DNA of 30,971 nt from a virus. Taxonomy: Duplodnaviria > Caudoviricetes. The position numbers and the translations under genes are program-made. The stretch spans positions 1-30,971 of the IMG/VR virus record IMGVR_UViG_3300037313_000273. The stretch is one strand, 5' to 3'. The notes under the pieces are model-generated. The model was not told the DNA's origin. It did not search any database and worked only from the letters and a program-made list of their open reading frames with translations. Shown here piece by piece: positions 8,273-16,593 of this stretch (position 1 is the stretch's first letter; each line of letters opens with the position of its first letter).

Positions 8273-8578
8273 ATGCTTGCGTCAAAGCCGCGCGGCCCCG
8301 TCGTCCACTGCACCAGGGACGGCGCATAGTTGCGGCAAATCCGGGGAAGCCAGAACATCACAGGTGACATCTTGGCCGACGACAATTCGCACCAGCCGTG
8401 GATTCGCTACTTCGGCACGGATCAGGTCTTCGGTGAAGACGGCGAGCGCGTTCCGAACGGCACGCCCGTCATCGTTATCACCAGTGACACGCACCACGGA
8501 AGCATGACGGCCGGCGCCATGGTCGATATGGCGCATGCGACCGAGCGGACGCGATACTCGTTCAGGCTGGCGGCGTAG
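8273..8578 (+). pseudogene. Small ORF, possibly interrupted by an in-frame TAG (alternatively an 82-aa CDS from TTG 8330)
   Basis: ATG 8273 reads MLASKPRGPVVHCTRDGA, then TAG 8327-8329, and continues in frame LRQIRG...YSFRLAA*. It ends 6 nt before the next gene. Confidence 0.35.
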
Positions 8579-8584
8579 GGCGTC

Positions 8585-9199
8585 GTGCTGACCAGGCCCA
8601 AACCGCCGCGGCATCTGTTCGACATCGACGCCGGCGACCTGTTTGAGCCGGCGCCTGAAATCATCGAATGGGCCAGGGCGGCATTCATTGACCCGCTGTC
8701 CGATCTCTACAACGCTGAGCATGACCATCTGAGCGACGCGAATGTAGCAGCGCTCTGGACCAATGTCGGCAATGCCAAGAACGGCCGCACGATCTTAGGA
8801 CAATGCGAGCTTGGCGACCCGATGGCAATGGGGAAGTGGGCCAAGGCCAAGGCGCGGTTTCAGTTGATAGAGTGGTTCGGCGACGTGCCGGACTTCCTGC
8901 TGACGTTCGACGCGGGCTACGCCGACCAATGCAGTGATATCGAATGGTGCGCTCTCGTTGAGCATGAACTGCTGCACGCGGGCCAGGCCAAGGACGCCTT
9001 TGGAGCGCCGAAGTTCAGTGCTTCGACTGGATTACCGGTATGGGCGATACGCGGTCACGATGTCGAAGAGTTCACATCGATCGTCCGCAGATACGGCGCC
9101 GATGCGACACGGGTTCGTGAGTTCGCGGAGGCCGCATTGGCAGAGCCGCTGATAGGCCGGGCTTCGGTCGCCAGCATGTGCGGGACGTGCCAGGCCTGA
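8585..9199 (+). CDS. Putative phage metallopeptidase (HEXXH)
   Basis: ALVEHELLH and RGHDVEEF...RRYG, with C-terminal CGTC. Located just upstream of the terminase genes. Confidence 0.85.
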   Translation: MLTRPKPPRHLFDIDAGDLFEPAPEIIEWARAAFIDPLSDLYNAEHDHLSDANVAALWTNVGNAKNGRTILGQCELGDPMAMGKWAKAKARFQLIEWFGDVPDFLLTFDAGYADQCSDIEWCALVEHELLHAGQAKDAFGAPKFSASTGLPVWAIRGHDVEEFTSIVRRYGADATRVREFAEAALAEPLIGRASVASMCGTCQA

Positions 9200-9233
9200 G
9201 GCGTGCCTTTCTTGATGGGGTCTTGATAAATCG

Positions 9234-9692
9234 ATGGCTGCTACACGGTTGACGGATGAGCAGCAAGGCTTTGTGGTGCAAAGCTTGGCGTGCTTCGACA
9301 CACCGGCCGCGGTAGCGAAGGCCATCAAGACAGAATTTGGGCTGACATTTAGCTCGCAAGCCATAGAGGCCTACGACCCGACGAAAGCCGCTGGCAGGCG
9401 CCTTGCCGAGCGATGGAGGCTGCTATTCGAGGAGACGCGGAAGGCGTTCCTTGAGGACACGGCGCAGATCGCGATCAGCCACAGGGCGGTCAGGCTGCGG
9501 GCACTCCAGCGCATGGCCGAAAAGGCGGAAGGACAGGGCAATCTTGTCCTCGCAGCCTCGCTCATGGAGCAGGCGGCCAAGGAAGTGGGCGACAGCTACA
9601 CGAACCGGCGCGAGCTGACCGGAAAGGGCGGGAAGGATTTGCCGGCGGCGGGTGCCGTGGCAATCTTCCAGTTGCCGGAAAATGGCAGGTGA
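9234..9692 (+). CDS. terS: Terminase small subunit (DUF2280-like)
   Basis: FVVQSLACFDTPAAVA...YDPTK...RAVRLRAL...EQAAKEVGDSYTNRRELTGKGG. Overlaps the start of TerL. Confidence 0.82.
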   Translation: MAATRLTDEQQGFVVQSLACFDTPAAVAKAIKTEFGLTFSSQAIEAYDPTKAAGRRLAERWRLLFEETRKAFLEDTAQIAISHRAVRLRALQRMAEKAEGQGNLVLAASLMEQAAKEVGDSYTNRRELTGKGGKDLPAAGAVAIFQLPENGR

Positions 9693-11076
9693 CTTCGCGC
9701 CCACGGTCATAAGGCCGCAGGACGGGCCGCAGACAGCCTTTCTGGCCAGTGCGGCCGATATAGCCATTTATGGCGGTGGCGCCGGTGGCGGCAAGACCTG
9801 GGCTTTGCTGATGGAGCCATTGCGGCACGTCGGCAATGGTGAGTTTGGCACCGTCTTTTTCCGACGCACCACGGTGCAGGTTCGGAATGAGGGCGGCCTC
9901 TGGGACGAAAGCGAGAAGCTTTATCCGCTTCTGAACGCCGAACCGAAAGAACATGTGCTGGAATGGGCCTTCCCGAAAGGGTCGAAGGTCAGTTTCGCGC
10001 ACCTGGAGCACGACAAGACCGTCCTGAATTGGCAGGGCGCGCAAATCCCGTTGATTTGCTTCGACGAACTGACGCACTTCAGCGAAAAGCAGTTTTGGTA
10101 CATGGTCAGCCGAAACCGAAGCATGTGCGGTGTCAAGCCATATATCCGAGCCACTTGTAACCCTGATGCTGACAGTTGGGTGGCGCGGTTCATCTCATGG
10201 TGGATCGACCAGGACACTGGATTGGCCATTGCTGACCGTGCCGGCGTTCTGCGCTGGTTTGTTCGGGTTGGCGACACGATCATATGGGCGGATTCGCCTG
10301 AGGAGTTGGCGGGACATACGGCGCCGGACGAGAACGGCGATCAAAAGCCCATACCGCCTAAATCGGTGACGTTCATCCCTGCCAAGCTGACCGACAATAG
10401 AGCGCTGATGTCGGCGGATCCTGGCTACATGGCGAACCTGCTCGCGCTGCCTACGGTGGAGCGGGAACGCCTTCTTGGCGGCAACTGGAAGATCAGGCCC
10501 GCGGCCGGGCTCTACTTCCGCCGTGAATGGTGCCAAGTCGTCGACGCCTTGCCCGCCGGGCTTCGGTGGATGCGCGGTTGGGACCTTGCTGGGACACTAA
10601 AGACGGAAAGCAACGACCCTGACTGGACGTGCGGGACCAAGATCGGGCGCACCCACGATGGGCGCTATTTCATCGCTCATCACTGCTTTGACCGCACTTC
10701 GCCGGCTGGTGTCGAGCGGTTGATCAAGAACACGGCCGATGCTGACGGGTATGGGGTCGAAATATCCCTTCCGCAGGATCCGGGCCAAGCCGGTAAGAGC
10801 CAGGTCGCCACGCTGACCAAGCTGCTGGCGGGCTTCAATGTCAGGTCAACGCCGGAGAGCGGGGACAAGATCACGCGCTTCTCCGGCTTTTCGGCACAGG
10901 CTGAGGCGGGCAACGTGTTCGTGCTTCGCGCGCCATGGAACGAACGCTGGTTCACCGAGCTGGAAGGCTTTCCGGAGGCATCACATGACGACGATGCCGA
11001 CAGTACAAGCCGGGCGTTCAACGCGCTTATCACCGCCGCGCCAACGGCCATCTTCGGAACCTACAGGGGCAGTTAA
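9682..11076 (+). CDS. terL: Terminase large subunit
   Basis: ATG 9682. PQDGPQ adenine-binding region, Walker A YGGGAGGGKT, Walker B ICFDELTHF, coupling motif ATCNP, and nuclease acidic residues RGWDLA and HDDDADS. Confidence 0.95.
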   Translation: MAGDFAPTVIRPQDGPQTAFLASAADIAIYGGGAGGGKTWALLMEPLRHVGNGEFGTVFFRRTTVQVRNEGGLWDESEKLYPLLNAEPKEHVLEWAFPKGSKVSFAHLEHDKTVLNWQGAQIPLICFDELTHFSEKQFWYMVSRNRSMCGVKPYIRATCNPDADSWVARFISWWIDQDTGLAIADRAGVLRWFVRVGDTIIWADSPEELAGHTAPDENGDQKPIPPKSVTFIPAKLTDNRALMSADPGYMANLLALPTVERERLLGGNWKIRPAAGLYFRREWCQVVDALPAGLRWMRGWDLAGTLKTESNDPDWTCGTKIGRTHDGRYFIAHHCFDRTSPAGVERLIKNTADADGYGVEISLPQDPGQAGKSQVATLTKLLAGFNVRSTPESGDKITRFSGFSAQAEAGNVFVLRAPWNERWFTELEGFPEASHDDDADSTSRAFNALITAAPTAIFGTYRGS

Positions 11077-12626
11077 TGGCCGATAAGCAGCCTGACAGCA
11101 CGTCGGCCGATTACGACGCCATGTCCCCGTATTGGGACAAGGTGGCGGCGATCCTGGGCGGGACAGACGCAATGCGCGCCGCCGGGGAGAAGTATCTGCC
11201 CCGGTTTCCGCAGGAGTGCGAGCCGGATTACGAGTTCAGGCGGAAAAACGCCAAGTTCACCAACGTGTTTCGCGATATCGTGGAGAACCTGGCCTCGCGC
11301 CCGTTCTCGCAGGAGCTTGGTCTCCGCGACGAGAACGTGCCGCCTCAGATCGCGGCCTTCACCGAGGACGTGGACCGGCGCGGCAACCATCTGCATGTCT
11401 TCGCACAGGCCTGGTTCTTCGGCGGCGTCGCCAACACCATCGAATGGGTGATGGTCGACTACACCAAGGATGTGCCTCCGGGCGCGACCCTGGCGCAGGA
11501 AAAGGCGCTTGGTGCTGGCCCGTACTGGGTGCGGATCGAGGCGCGCGACGTGCTGGCGGTCTACTCGGATATGGTCGACGGCGTGGAAACGTTCGTGCAT
11601 GTCCGCCTCCGCGAGGATGTGTCCATCCGCGACGGCTTCGGCGAAAAGGTGCTGAAGCGCGTCCGCATCATGAACCGCGCGCCGATTATGGACGAGGCCG
11701 ACAAGGTCACGGGCTACGGCCCGGCCACGTGGACGCTAGTCGAACGCCGGGACGATGGCAATCCGCAGGGACAGCCCAAGTGGAAGGAGATCGCGTCGGG
11801 CGCGTTCACCATCGGCATTATCCCGATGGTCCCGTTCGTCACCGGCCGGCGTCTCGGCAACTCGTGGCGGTTCGCGCCGTCCATGCAGGATGCTGCGGAC
11901 CTGCAGATCGAGCTATTCCAGCAGGAAAGCGGGCTGAAGACGGCCAAGGAGGCGACGGCATTTCCTATGCTGGCCGGTATCGGCGTGTCGCCACAGACCG
12001 ACGCTAAGGGCGGGCCGTTGCCTATCAGCGTCGGGCCGAAGTCGGTCCTGTATGCGCCGCCCTCCAACGGGGCCGCTGCTGGGGATTGGAAATTCATCGA
12101 GCCCGGCGCGCAATCGCTCCGGTTCCTGGCTGATGATGTCAAGGAGACGATATCGCAACTGCGCGAACTCGGCCGTCAGCCTTTGACCGCGCAGACCGGC
12201 AACCTGACCGTCGTGTCCGCCGCCTTTGCCGCACAGAAGGGCAATGCCGCTATTCAGGCTTGGGCGCTGAACATGAAGGACGCGCTGGAGACGGCGCTCA
12301 AGATCACCTGCCAGTGGATGCGTATCGACTACGAGCCCGAGGTGGTCATCAACACGGACTTTGACCTGGGCCTGAACGACGACAAGGGGCCGGACACGCT
12401 GTTGGCCATGCGCGCCGCCAGCGACCTGTCGCAGCGCACGCTCTGGCACGAGATGCGCCGCCGTAACATCCTCTCGCCTGAGTTCGACGCCGACACCGAG
12501 GACCAGAATATCCTGGACGAACTGCCGGGCGATGCTGGCGAGGAAGACCTGAACGCGGCCACGTTGCCGCCGGGCAAGCCCGCTCTGGCGCCGCAGCCTG
12601 AGCCGCCGGTTCCGGCCGACGCATAA
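11076..12626 (+). CDS. Portal protein (DUF4055/SPP1-like)
   Basis: 516 aa directly after TerL, with GGTDAMRAAGEKYLPRF...YEFR and IPMVPF motifs and an acidic C-terminus. Confidence 0.88.
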   Translation: MADKQPDSTSADYDAMSPYWDKVAAILGGTDAMRAAGEKYLPRFPQECEPDYEFRRKNAKFTNVFRDIVENLASRPFSQELGLRDENVPPQIAAFTEDVDRRGNHLHVFAQAWFFGGVANTIEWVMVDYTKDVPPGATLAQEKALGAGPYWVRIEARDVLAVYSDMVDGVETFVHVRLREDVSIRDGFGEKVLKRVRIMNRAPIMDEADKVTGYGPATWTLVERRDDGNPQGQPKWKEIASGAFTIGIIPMVPFVTGRRLGNSWRFAPSMQDAADLQIELFQQESGLKTAKEATAFPMLAGIGVSPQTDAKGGPLPISVGPKSVLYAPPSNGAAAGDWKFIEPGAQSLRFLADDVKETISQLRELGRQPLTAQTGNLTVVSAAFAAQKGNAAIQAWALNMKDALETALKITCQWMRIDYEPEVVINTDFDLGLNDDKGPDTLLAMRAASDLSQRTLWHEMRRRNILSPEFDADTEDQNILDELPGDAGEEDLNAATLPPGKPALAPQPEPPVPADA

Positions 12627-12630
12627 GCTT

Positions 12631-12702
12631 TTGCCCTGACCCGAACGGGACGGGGCGACAACCGGTGCGAACGCACCAAACCTATGGCGAACGCCAGAAG
12701 GA
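12631..12702 (+). promoter_or_regulatory. Three tandem hairpins with identical C(GAAC)G loops in the scaffold-gene leader
   Basis: CCC-GAAC-GGG (12640-12649, extended stem 12631-12658), GGTGC-GAAC-GCACC (12664-12677) and TGGC-GAAC-GCCA (12685-12696), then SD AAGGA at 12698-12702. Confidence 0.75.
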
Positions 12703-12709
12703 CTTATCC

Positions 12710-13474
12710 ATGAAACTGAAAACCGTAACCATCGACGGCAAAGTCTATGCCGAAGTGCAGGACGACAAGCCGGTCTTCGTCGGCGACGACGGCAAGGATA
12801 TCGCTTTCGATGCGCCCGGCACGTCTTCGACCATCGCCAGGCTGACCGAGGAGAGCAAGAGTTACAAGACCCGCGCGCAGACTGCCGAGACGGCGCTTAA
12901 AGGCTTTGAAGGCATCAGCGACCCGGCGGCGGCGCTCAAGGCGCTGGAAACCATGTCCAGCCTCGACGCCAAGAAGCTTATCGACGCGGGCGAGGTCGAA
13001 AAGGTCAAGTCCGAGATCAGCAAGGGGTTTCAAGACCAGATCGCCGACCGTGACAACCGCCTGAAGGCCGCCGAGTCGACAATCTACGAATTGCAGGTCG
13101 GGCATGCCTTCAAGGGCAGCAAGTTTCTCAACGAGAAGGTCGCAGTCCCGTCGCACCTGCTGCAAGCCACTTACGGCAAGAACTTCAAGGTCGAAGAGGG
13201 CAAGGTCGTGCCCTACGACGCCGCCGGCAACAAAATCTTCAGCCGTGCCAGGCCTGGCGAGGTCGCCGACTTCGACGAAGGGCTTGAAATCATCATCGGC
13301 GCCGACCCGTACCGCGATCACATCCTGAAAGGCACTGGCAATACCGGCGGCGGATCGCAGCCAGGTGCGCCCGGCGGTGGCGCCAAGACCATCACGCGGG
13401 CCGAACTCGCCAAGCTGTCACCTGCCGACCAGATGACCAAGATGACCAAGGACGGCTTCACCGTCACCGATTAA
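12710..13474 (+). CDS. Capsid scaffolding protein (DUF6651-like)
   Basis: ATG 12710 after AAGGA. Contains KPVFV..DG, KKLIDAGEVEKVK, IFSRARPGEVADFDE and a Gly-rich linker with a C-terminal helix. Lies between portal and coat. Confidence 0.85.
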   Translation: MKLKTVTIDGKVYAEVQDDKPVFVGDDGKDIAFDAPGTSSTIARLTEESKSYKTRAQTAETALKGFEGISDPAAALKALETMSSLDAKKLIDAGEVEKVKSEISKGFQDQIADRDNRLKAAESTIYELQVGHAFKGSKFLNEKVAVPSHLLQATYGKNFKVEEGKVVPYDAAGNKIFSRARPGEVADFDEGLEIIIGADPYRDHILKGTGNTGGGSQPGAPGGGAKTITRAELAKLSPADQMTKMTKDGFTVTD

Positions 13475-13481
13475 CGCAATT

Positions 13482-13551
13482 GCCGAGTCCTCAGAAATGG
13501 GGGGCGGCTACCTGAGCCGGATGGCTCGAACCCCCTGGCGGGACATCCGCC
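13482..13551 (+). promoter_or_regulatory. Three-hairpin leader of the coat gene
   Basis: TCCTCA-GAAA-TGGGGG (13488-13503), GAGCC-GGAT-GGCTC (13514-13527) and GGCGG-GACAT-CCGCC (13537-13551). Confidence 0.55.
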
Positions 13552-13585
13552 TCATTAACCCCCCTGAAAACCAAGGAGGCCTATC

Positions 13586-14749
13586 ATGGCAACCAGCAAT
13601 ACCCTGACGGGGCTTGTCCCCACGCTCTATACCGCGCTCAATGTCGTCTCGCGCGAAATGGTCGGGTTTATCCCCGCCGTCCGCCGCGACGCCAAGGCTG
13701 ACCGCGCCGCTCTGAACCAGACGGTTCGCTCGCCCATCGGCGCGTCCGGAGCGGTTGAAGATGTCTCGCCCGGCGCTACCCCGGCCGCGTCCGGTGGCAC
13801 GACTCCGACCTATTCGGACGTGACCATCACCAAGTCGCGCGCGGCTCCAATCCTGTGGTCGGGCGAGGAAGAGCTGTCGGTCGGGCCGAACGGCGAATAC
13901 AACACGATCCTGGCCGACCAGTTCATGGACGGCATGCGCAAGCTGGTCAACGAAATCGAAGTTGACCTGGCTGTCATCGCAAAGAAGAACGCCTCACGCG
14001 CCTATGGCACCGCCGGTACGACCCCGTTCGGCACGGCCGGCGACCTGTCGGACCTGGCCCAGGTGCGCAAGATCCTGGAAGACAACGGCGCGCCGATCAC
14101 CGACCTGCAGGCCGTGTTCAATTCGGCCGCCATCGCCAACCTGCGCGGCAAGCAATCGGTGCTGTTCAAGGTCAACGAAGCCGGTTCTTCGGACATGCTG
14201 CGCGAGGGCATGACCGACCGCCTGCAGGGCTTCGCCGTGCGCAACTCGGCGGGCCTGACCGTGCACACGATCGGCACCGGCACCTCGTACCTCGTCAACA
14301 ACGCGTCCAACTATGCCGTTGGCTCGACTGCAATCGCCGTCGACACCGGCTCTGGCACCATCGTTGCTGGCGACATCCTGACCAACACCACGTCCAGCGT
14401 CGACTCGAACAAGTACGTCGTCGGGACGGCCCTGTCCGCGGGCTCGCTGTCGATCAATGCGCCCGGCCTGGTCAAGGCGTGGTCGGACAACAACACCCTT
14501 GCCGTGGGCGCCGCCTATACGCCGAACATGTGCTTTGCCCGCAACGCTCTCATCCTGGCCAGCCGTGCACCCGCGCTGCCGTCCGGTGGCGACGGGGCCG
14601 ACGACCGCATGATGATCACTGACCCGATTTCGGGCCTGACCTTCGAGGTCTCGCTCTACCGTCAGTACCGTCAGGTGAAGATGGAAATCGCCATTGCGTG
14701 GGGCGTGGCGGCGACCAAGCCCGAGCACATCGCGACGCTGCTGGGCTAA
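13586..14749 (+). CDS. Major capsid protein (P22 coat-like family)
   Basis: Strong SD AAGGAGG. NTLTGLVPTLY.ALNVVSREMVGFIPAV start, C-terminal DPISGLTFEVSLYRQYRQ...AWGV...KPEH, and a Thr/Gly-rich insertion domain. Confidence 0.92.
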   Translation: MATSNTLTGLVPTLYTALNVVSREMVGFIPAVRRDAKADRAALNQTVRSPIGASGAVEDVSPGATPAASGGTTPTYSDVTITKSRAAPILWSGEEELSVGPNGEYNTILADQFMDGMRKLVNEIEVDLAVIAKKNASRAYGTAGTTPFGTAGDLSDLAQVRKILEDNGAPITDLQAVFNSAAIANLRGKQSVLFKVNEAGSSDMLREGMTDRLQGFAVRNSAGLTVHTIGTGTSYLVNNASNYAVGSTAIAVDTGSGTIVAGDILTNTTSSVDSNKYVVGTALSAGSLSINAPGLVKAWSDNNTLAVGAAYTPNMCFARNALILASRAPALPSGGDGADDRMMITDPISGLTFEVSLYRQYRQVKMEIAIAWGVAATKPEHIATLLG

Positions 14750-14766
14750 TCCCCGGCGCAGCGACC

Positions 14767-14810
14767 GAGGCCCGTCTCGTCCTCTCCATGGCGGGCCTCA
14801 CCCGTTTATT
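14767..14810 (+). terminator. GC-rich hairpin after the coat gene (possible terminator or stabiliser)
   Basis: GAGGCCCGTC(14767-14776)/GGCGGGCCTC(14790-14799) 10-bp stem, followed by ACCCGTTTATT, which is a poor U-tract. Confidence 0.45.
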
Positions 14811-14850
14811 CCAAGCAACAATCCCAACCACCAACCAGCAAGGATGCCCC

Positions 14851-15093
14851 ATGCCCACTATGCGCGCCAAGATGCAAATCAACCGCATCGAACGTCACCA
14901 TGCGAGCGAAACGCTTCATTTCGGTTGCGTCGCCAAGTCCGGCGGCTATCCGGAAGATGGATCTGACGAAGATAACACTTTCGCCAAGTTCAGCCCGTCA
15001 GGTTCACTTTCGCTGACCGTGGCCAATCCGGCTCTGATCGGGAAGTTCAATCCCGGTGAAAAGTTCTATCTCGATTTCACCCCCGCTGAGTGA
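14851..15093 (+). CDS. Small hypothetical phage protein (80 aa, beta-rich)
   Basis: ATG 14851 after AAGGA. Reads MRAKMQI...DEDNTFAKFSPSGSLSLTVANP...GEKFYLDFTPAE. Confidence 0.8.
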   Translation: MPTMRAKMQINRIERHHASETLHFGCVAKSGGYPEDGSDEDNTFAKFSPSGSLSLTVANPALIGKFNPGEKFYLDFTPAE

Positions 15094-15098
15094 TTGAC

Positions 15099-15272
15099 AT
15101 GGCCAAGACCGACAACAAGCCCGTAACTGTTCCTGAGGCCGTGGCGGCTATTGGCCGTCCGACCGTTGCCATGAAGCGCGATCCCGACACATATCCCGCG
15201 CCGCACACTGCCGACGTTTACGCCGACGCAGTGCCGGAATGGCGGGCCGCTGGCTGGGTTGTGGCCGGCTGA
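15099..15272 (+). CDS. Small head-associated hypothetical protein
   Basis: 57 aa ending TADVYADAVPEWRAAGWVVAG, a type of short gene commonly found after coat genes. Confidence 0.65.
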   Translation: MAKTDNKPVTVPEAVAAIGRPTVAMKRDPDTYPAPHTADVYADAVPEWRAAGWVVAG

Positions 15273-15276
15273 TCCA

Positions 15277-15699
15277 GTGACAACTATCGCCTACCGAGAC
15301 GGTGTGATTGCCGCCGACACGCTTATCAGCTGCGGCAATCACCGCGACGGCAGTTACACCAAGATAGCGAAGCGCGGTCGGTTACTCGGCGGCTCTTCCG
15401 GTTCAGCGGCTGAGGGTTATGCGTGGTTGAGGTGGTTTGAGGCGGGGTGCAAAGGCGAACCGCCCAAAATGTTGAAAACCAACGCCTTTATCGCGCAACC
15501 GAACGGAACACTGGTGTTTTTCGGCGAAGATGGAAGCTTCCCATTCAAGCCCAATGGCGAGTTCTACGCGATCGGTAGCGGCTGTGAATACGCGGTCGGG
15601 GCAATGGCATTTGGAGCGTCCGCGCCGGAAGCGGTTCGGATCGCAATGCAATTCGACAGCGGGTCCGCTGGCGAAATCACCGTTCTGAGGGCCAACTGA
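15277..15699 (+). CDS. HslV/proteasome beta-subunit-like Ntn-hydrolase (Thr protease)
   Basis: GTG 15277 gives (M)TTIAYRDGVIAAD, followed by TKI, GGSSG, FYAIGSG..YAVGAM and EAVRIAMQFDSGSAG. Confidence 0.85.
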   Translation: MTTIAYRDGVIAADTLISCGNHRDGSYTKIAKRGRLLGGSSGSAAEGYAWLRWFEAGCKGEPPKMLKTNAFIAQPNGTLVFFGEDGSFPFKPNGEFYAIGSGCEYAVGAMAFGASAPEAVRIAMQFDSGSAGEITVLRAN

Positions 15700-16229
15700 T
15701 GACGCTCATCGTCGAAGACGGAACCGGCCTTTCCGACGCCGAGTCCTTCATCTCGGAAGAGGATGCGGAGCGCTATTTCGTCGACCGCGGCATCACCACA
15801 TGGTCAGCGGCCGAACTCGTTGACCGTATCGCCGCCTTGCGCCGCGCCAGCGCGTTCCTGACCGCGGCCTACGTCTGGCAGGGCATTCGCGTCCGGCAAC
15901 GTCTCCAGGCGCTCGCATGGCCGCGCTACGGCATGGTTGACCGGGAACTTTACCCGATCCTGGCGACTGAAATCCCGGTCGAACTGAAGCAGGCCTGCTG
16001 CGAGATCGCCCTTGCCGAACTGTCCGACCCCGGCTGCATGAACCCGTCCGTCGTCCTCGCCCAACAGGCGCGGGCTGAACAGGTCGGCGACATCCGCGTC
16101 GAGTACACCAACACCTATTCCTCACCCAACGCGTCCCGGCCGGTCCTGACCATCGTCAACGACCTGTTGGCGCCGTTCCTGGCCAACCAGGGCGGAAACG
16201 CCATCTGTGGCACGTCGGCGCGCTCATGA
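15699..16229 (+). CDS. Head-tail adaptor (DnaT-like annotated phage family)
   Basis: MTLIVEDGTGLSDAESF...QALAWPR...IPVELKQACCEIAL...EQVGDIRVEY, in the expected neck position. Confidence 0.85.
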   Translation: MTLIVEDGTGLSDAESFISEEDAERYFVDRGITTWSAAELVDRIAALRRASAFLTAAYVWQGIRVRQRLQALAWPRYGMVDRELYPILATEIPVELKQACCEIALAELSDPGCMNPSVVLAQQARAEQVGDIRVEYTNTYSSPNASRPVLTIVNDLLAPFLANQGGNAICGTSARS

Positions 16230-16591
16230 GCGGGTTCTATAGCCGCATGCAGGGCACGGCCTCGCGCCTGCTCGCTAAGTACGCACAGGGCGTTGTCGTC
16301 CTGTCGCGCGCGGGCACGCCAACAGGGGCGGCGAACGAATGGGATCTCCCCACGGATGCCGACCCGACGACATGGACGCTCGACGCCACGGTCAAGGGCG
16401 TATCCGCCAAATACGTCAACGGCGACACGGTGAAGGCGACCGATCTTGAGATCATGGCGGCTGTCTTCGCCGACGCGCCTCAACTGAGTGACAACCTGAC
16501 CATCGACGGCAAGCCGGTGACGATCCTGCAGGTGATGCGGGAGCCGGCCGCTGGCGATGTCGTGGTCTGGACGATTTTGGCGAGGGCCTGA
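16226..16591 (+). CDS. Head closure/stopper protein
   Basis: 121 aa, FYSRMQGTASRLLAKYAQG...YVNGDTVKATDL...DNLTIDG. ATGA-coupled to the adaptor. Confidence 0.75.
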   Translation: MSGFYSRMQGTASRLLAKYAQGVVVLSRAGTPTGAANEWDLPTDADPTTWTLDATVKGVSAKYVNGDTVKATDLEIMAAVFADAPQLSDNLTIDGKPVTILQVMREPAAGDVVVWTILARA

Positions 16592-16593
16592 CC

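Noticed and set aside
9308-9320. GCGGTAGC ops-like sequence inside terS
   Set aside because: It lacks the leading G and the terminal YG pause dinucleotide, lies in coding sequence, and is plausible by chance at this GC content.
12631-12696. CRISPR-like mini-array or rho-independent terminator
   Set aside because: Only a 6-nt core repeats, the spacing is far too short for CRISPR, there are no cas genes, and no U-tract follows the hairpins.
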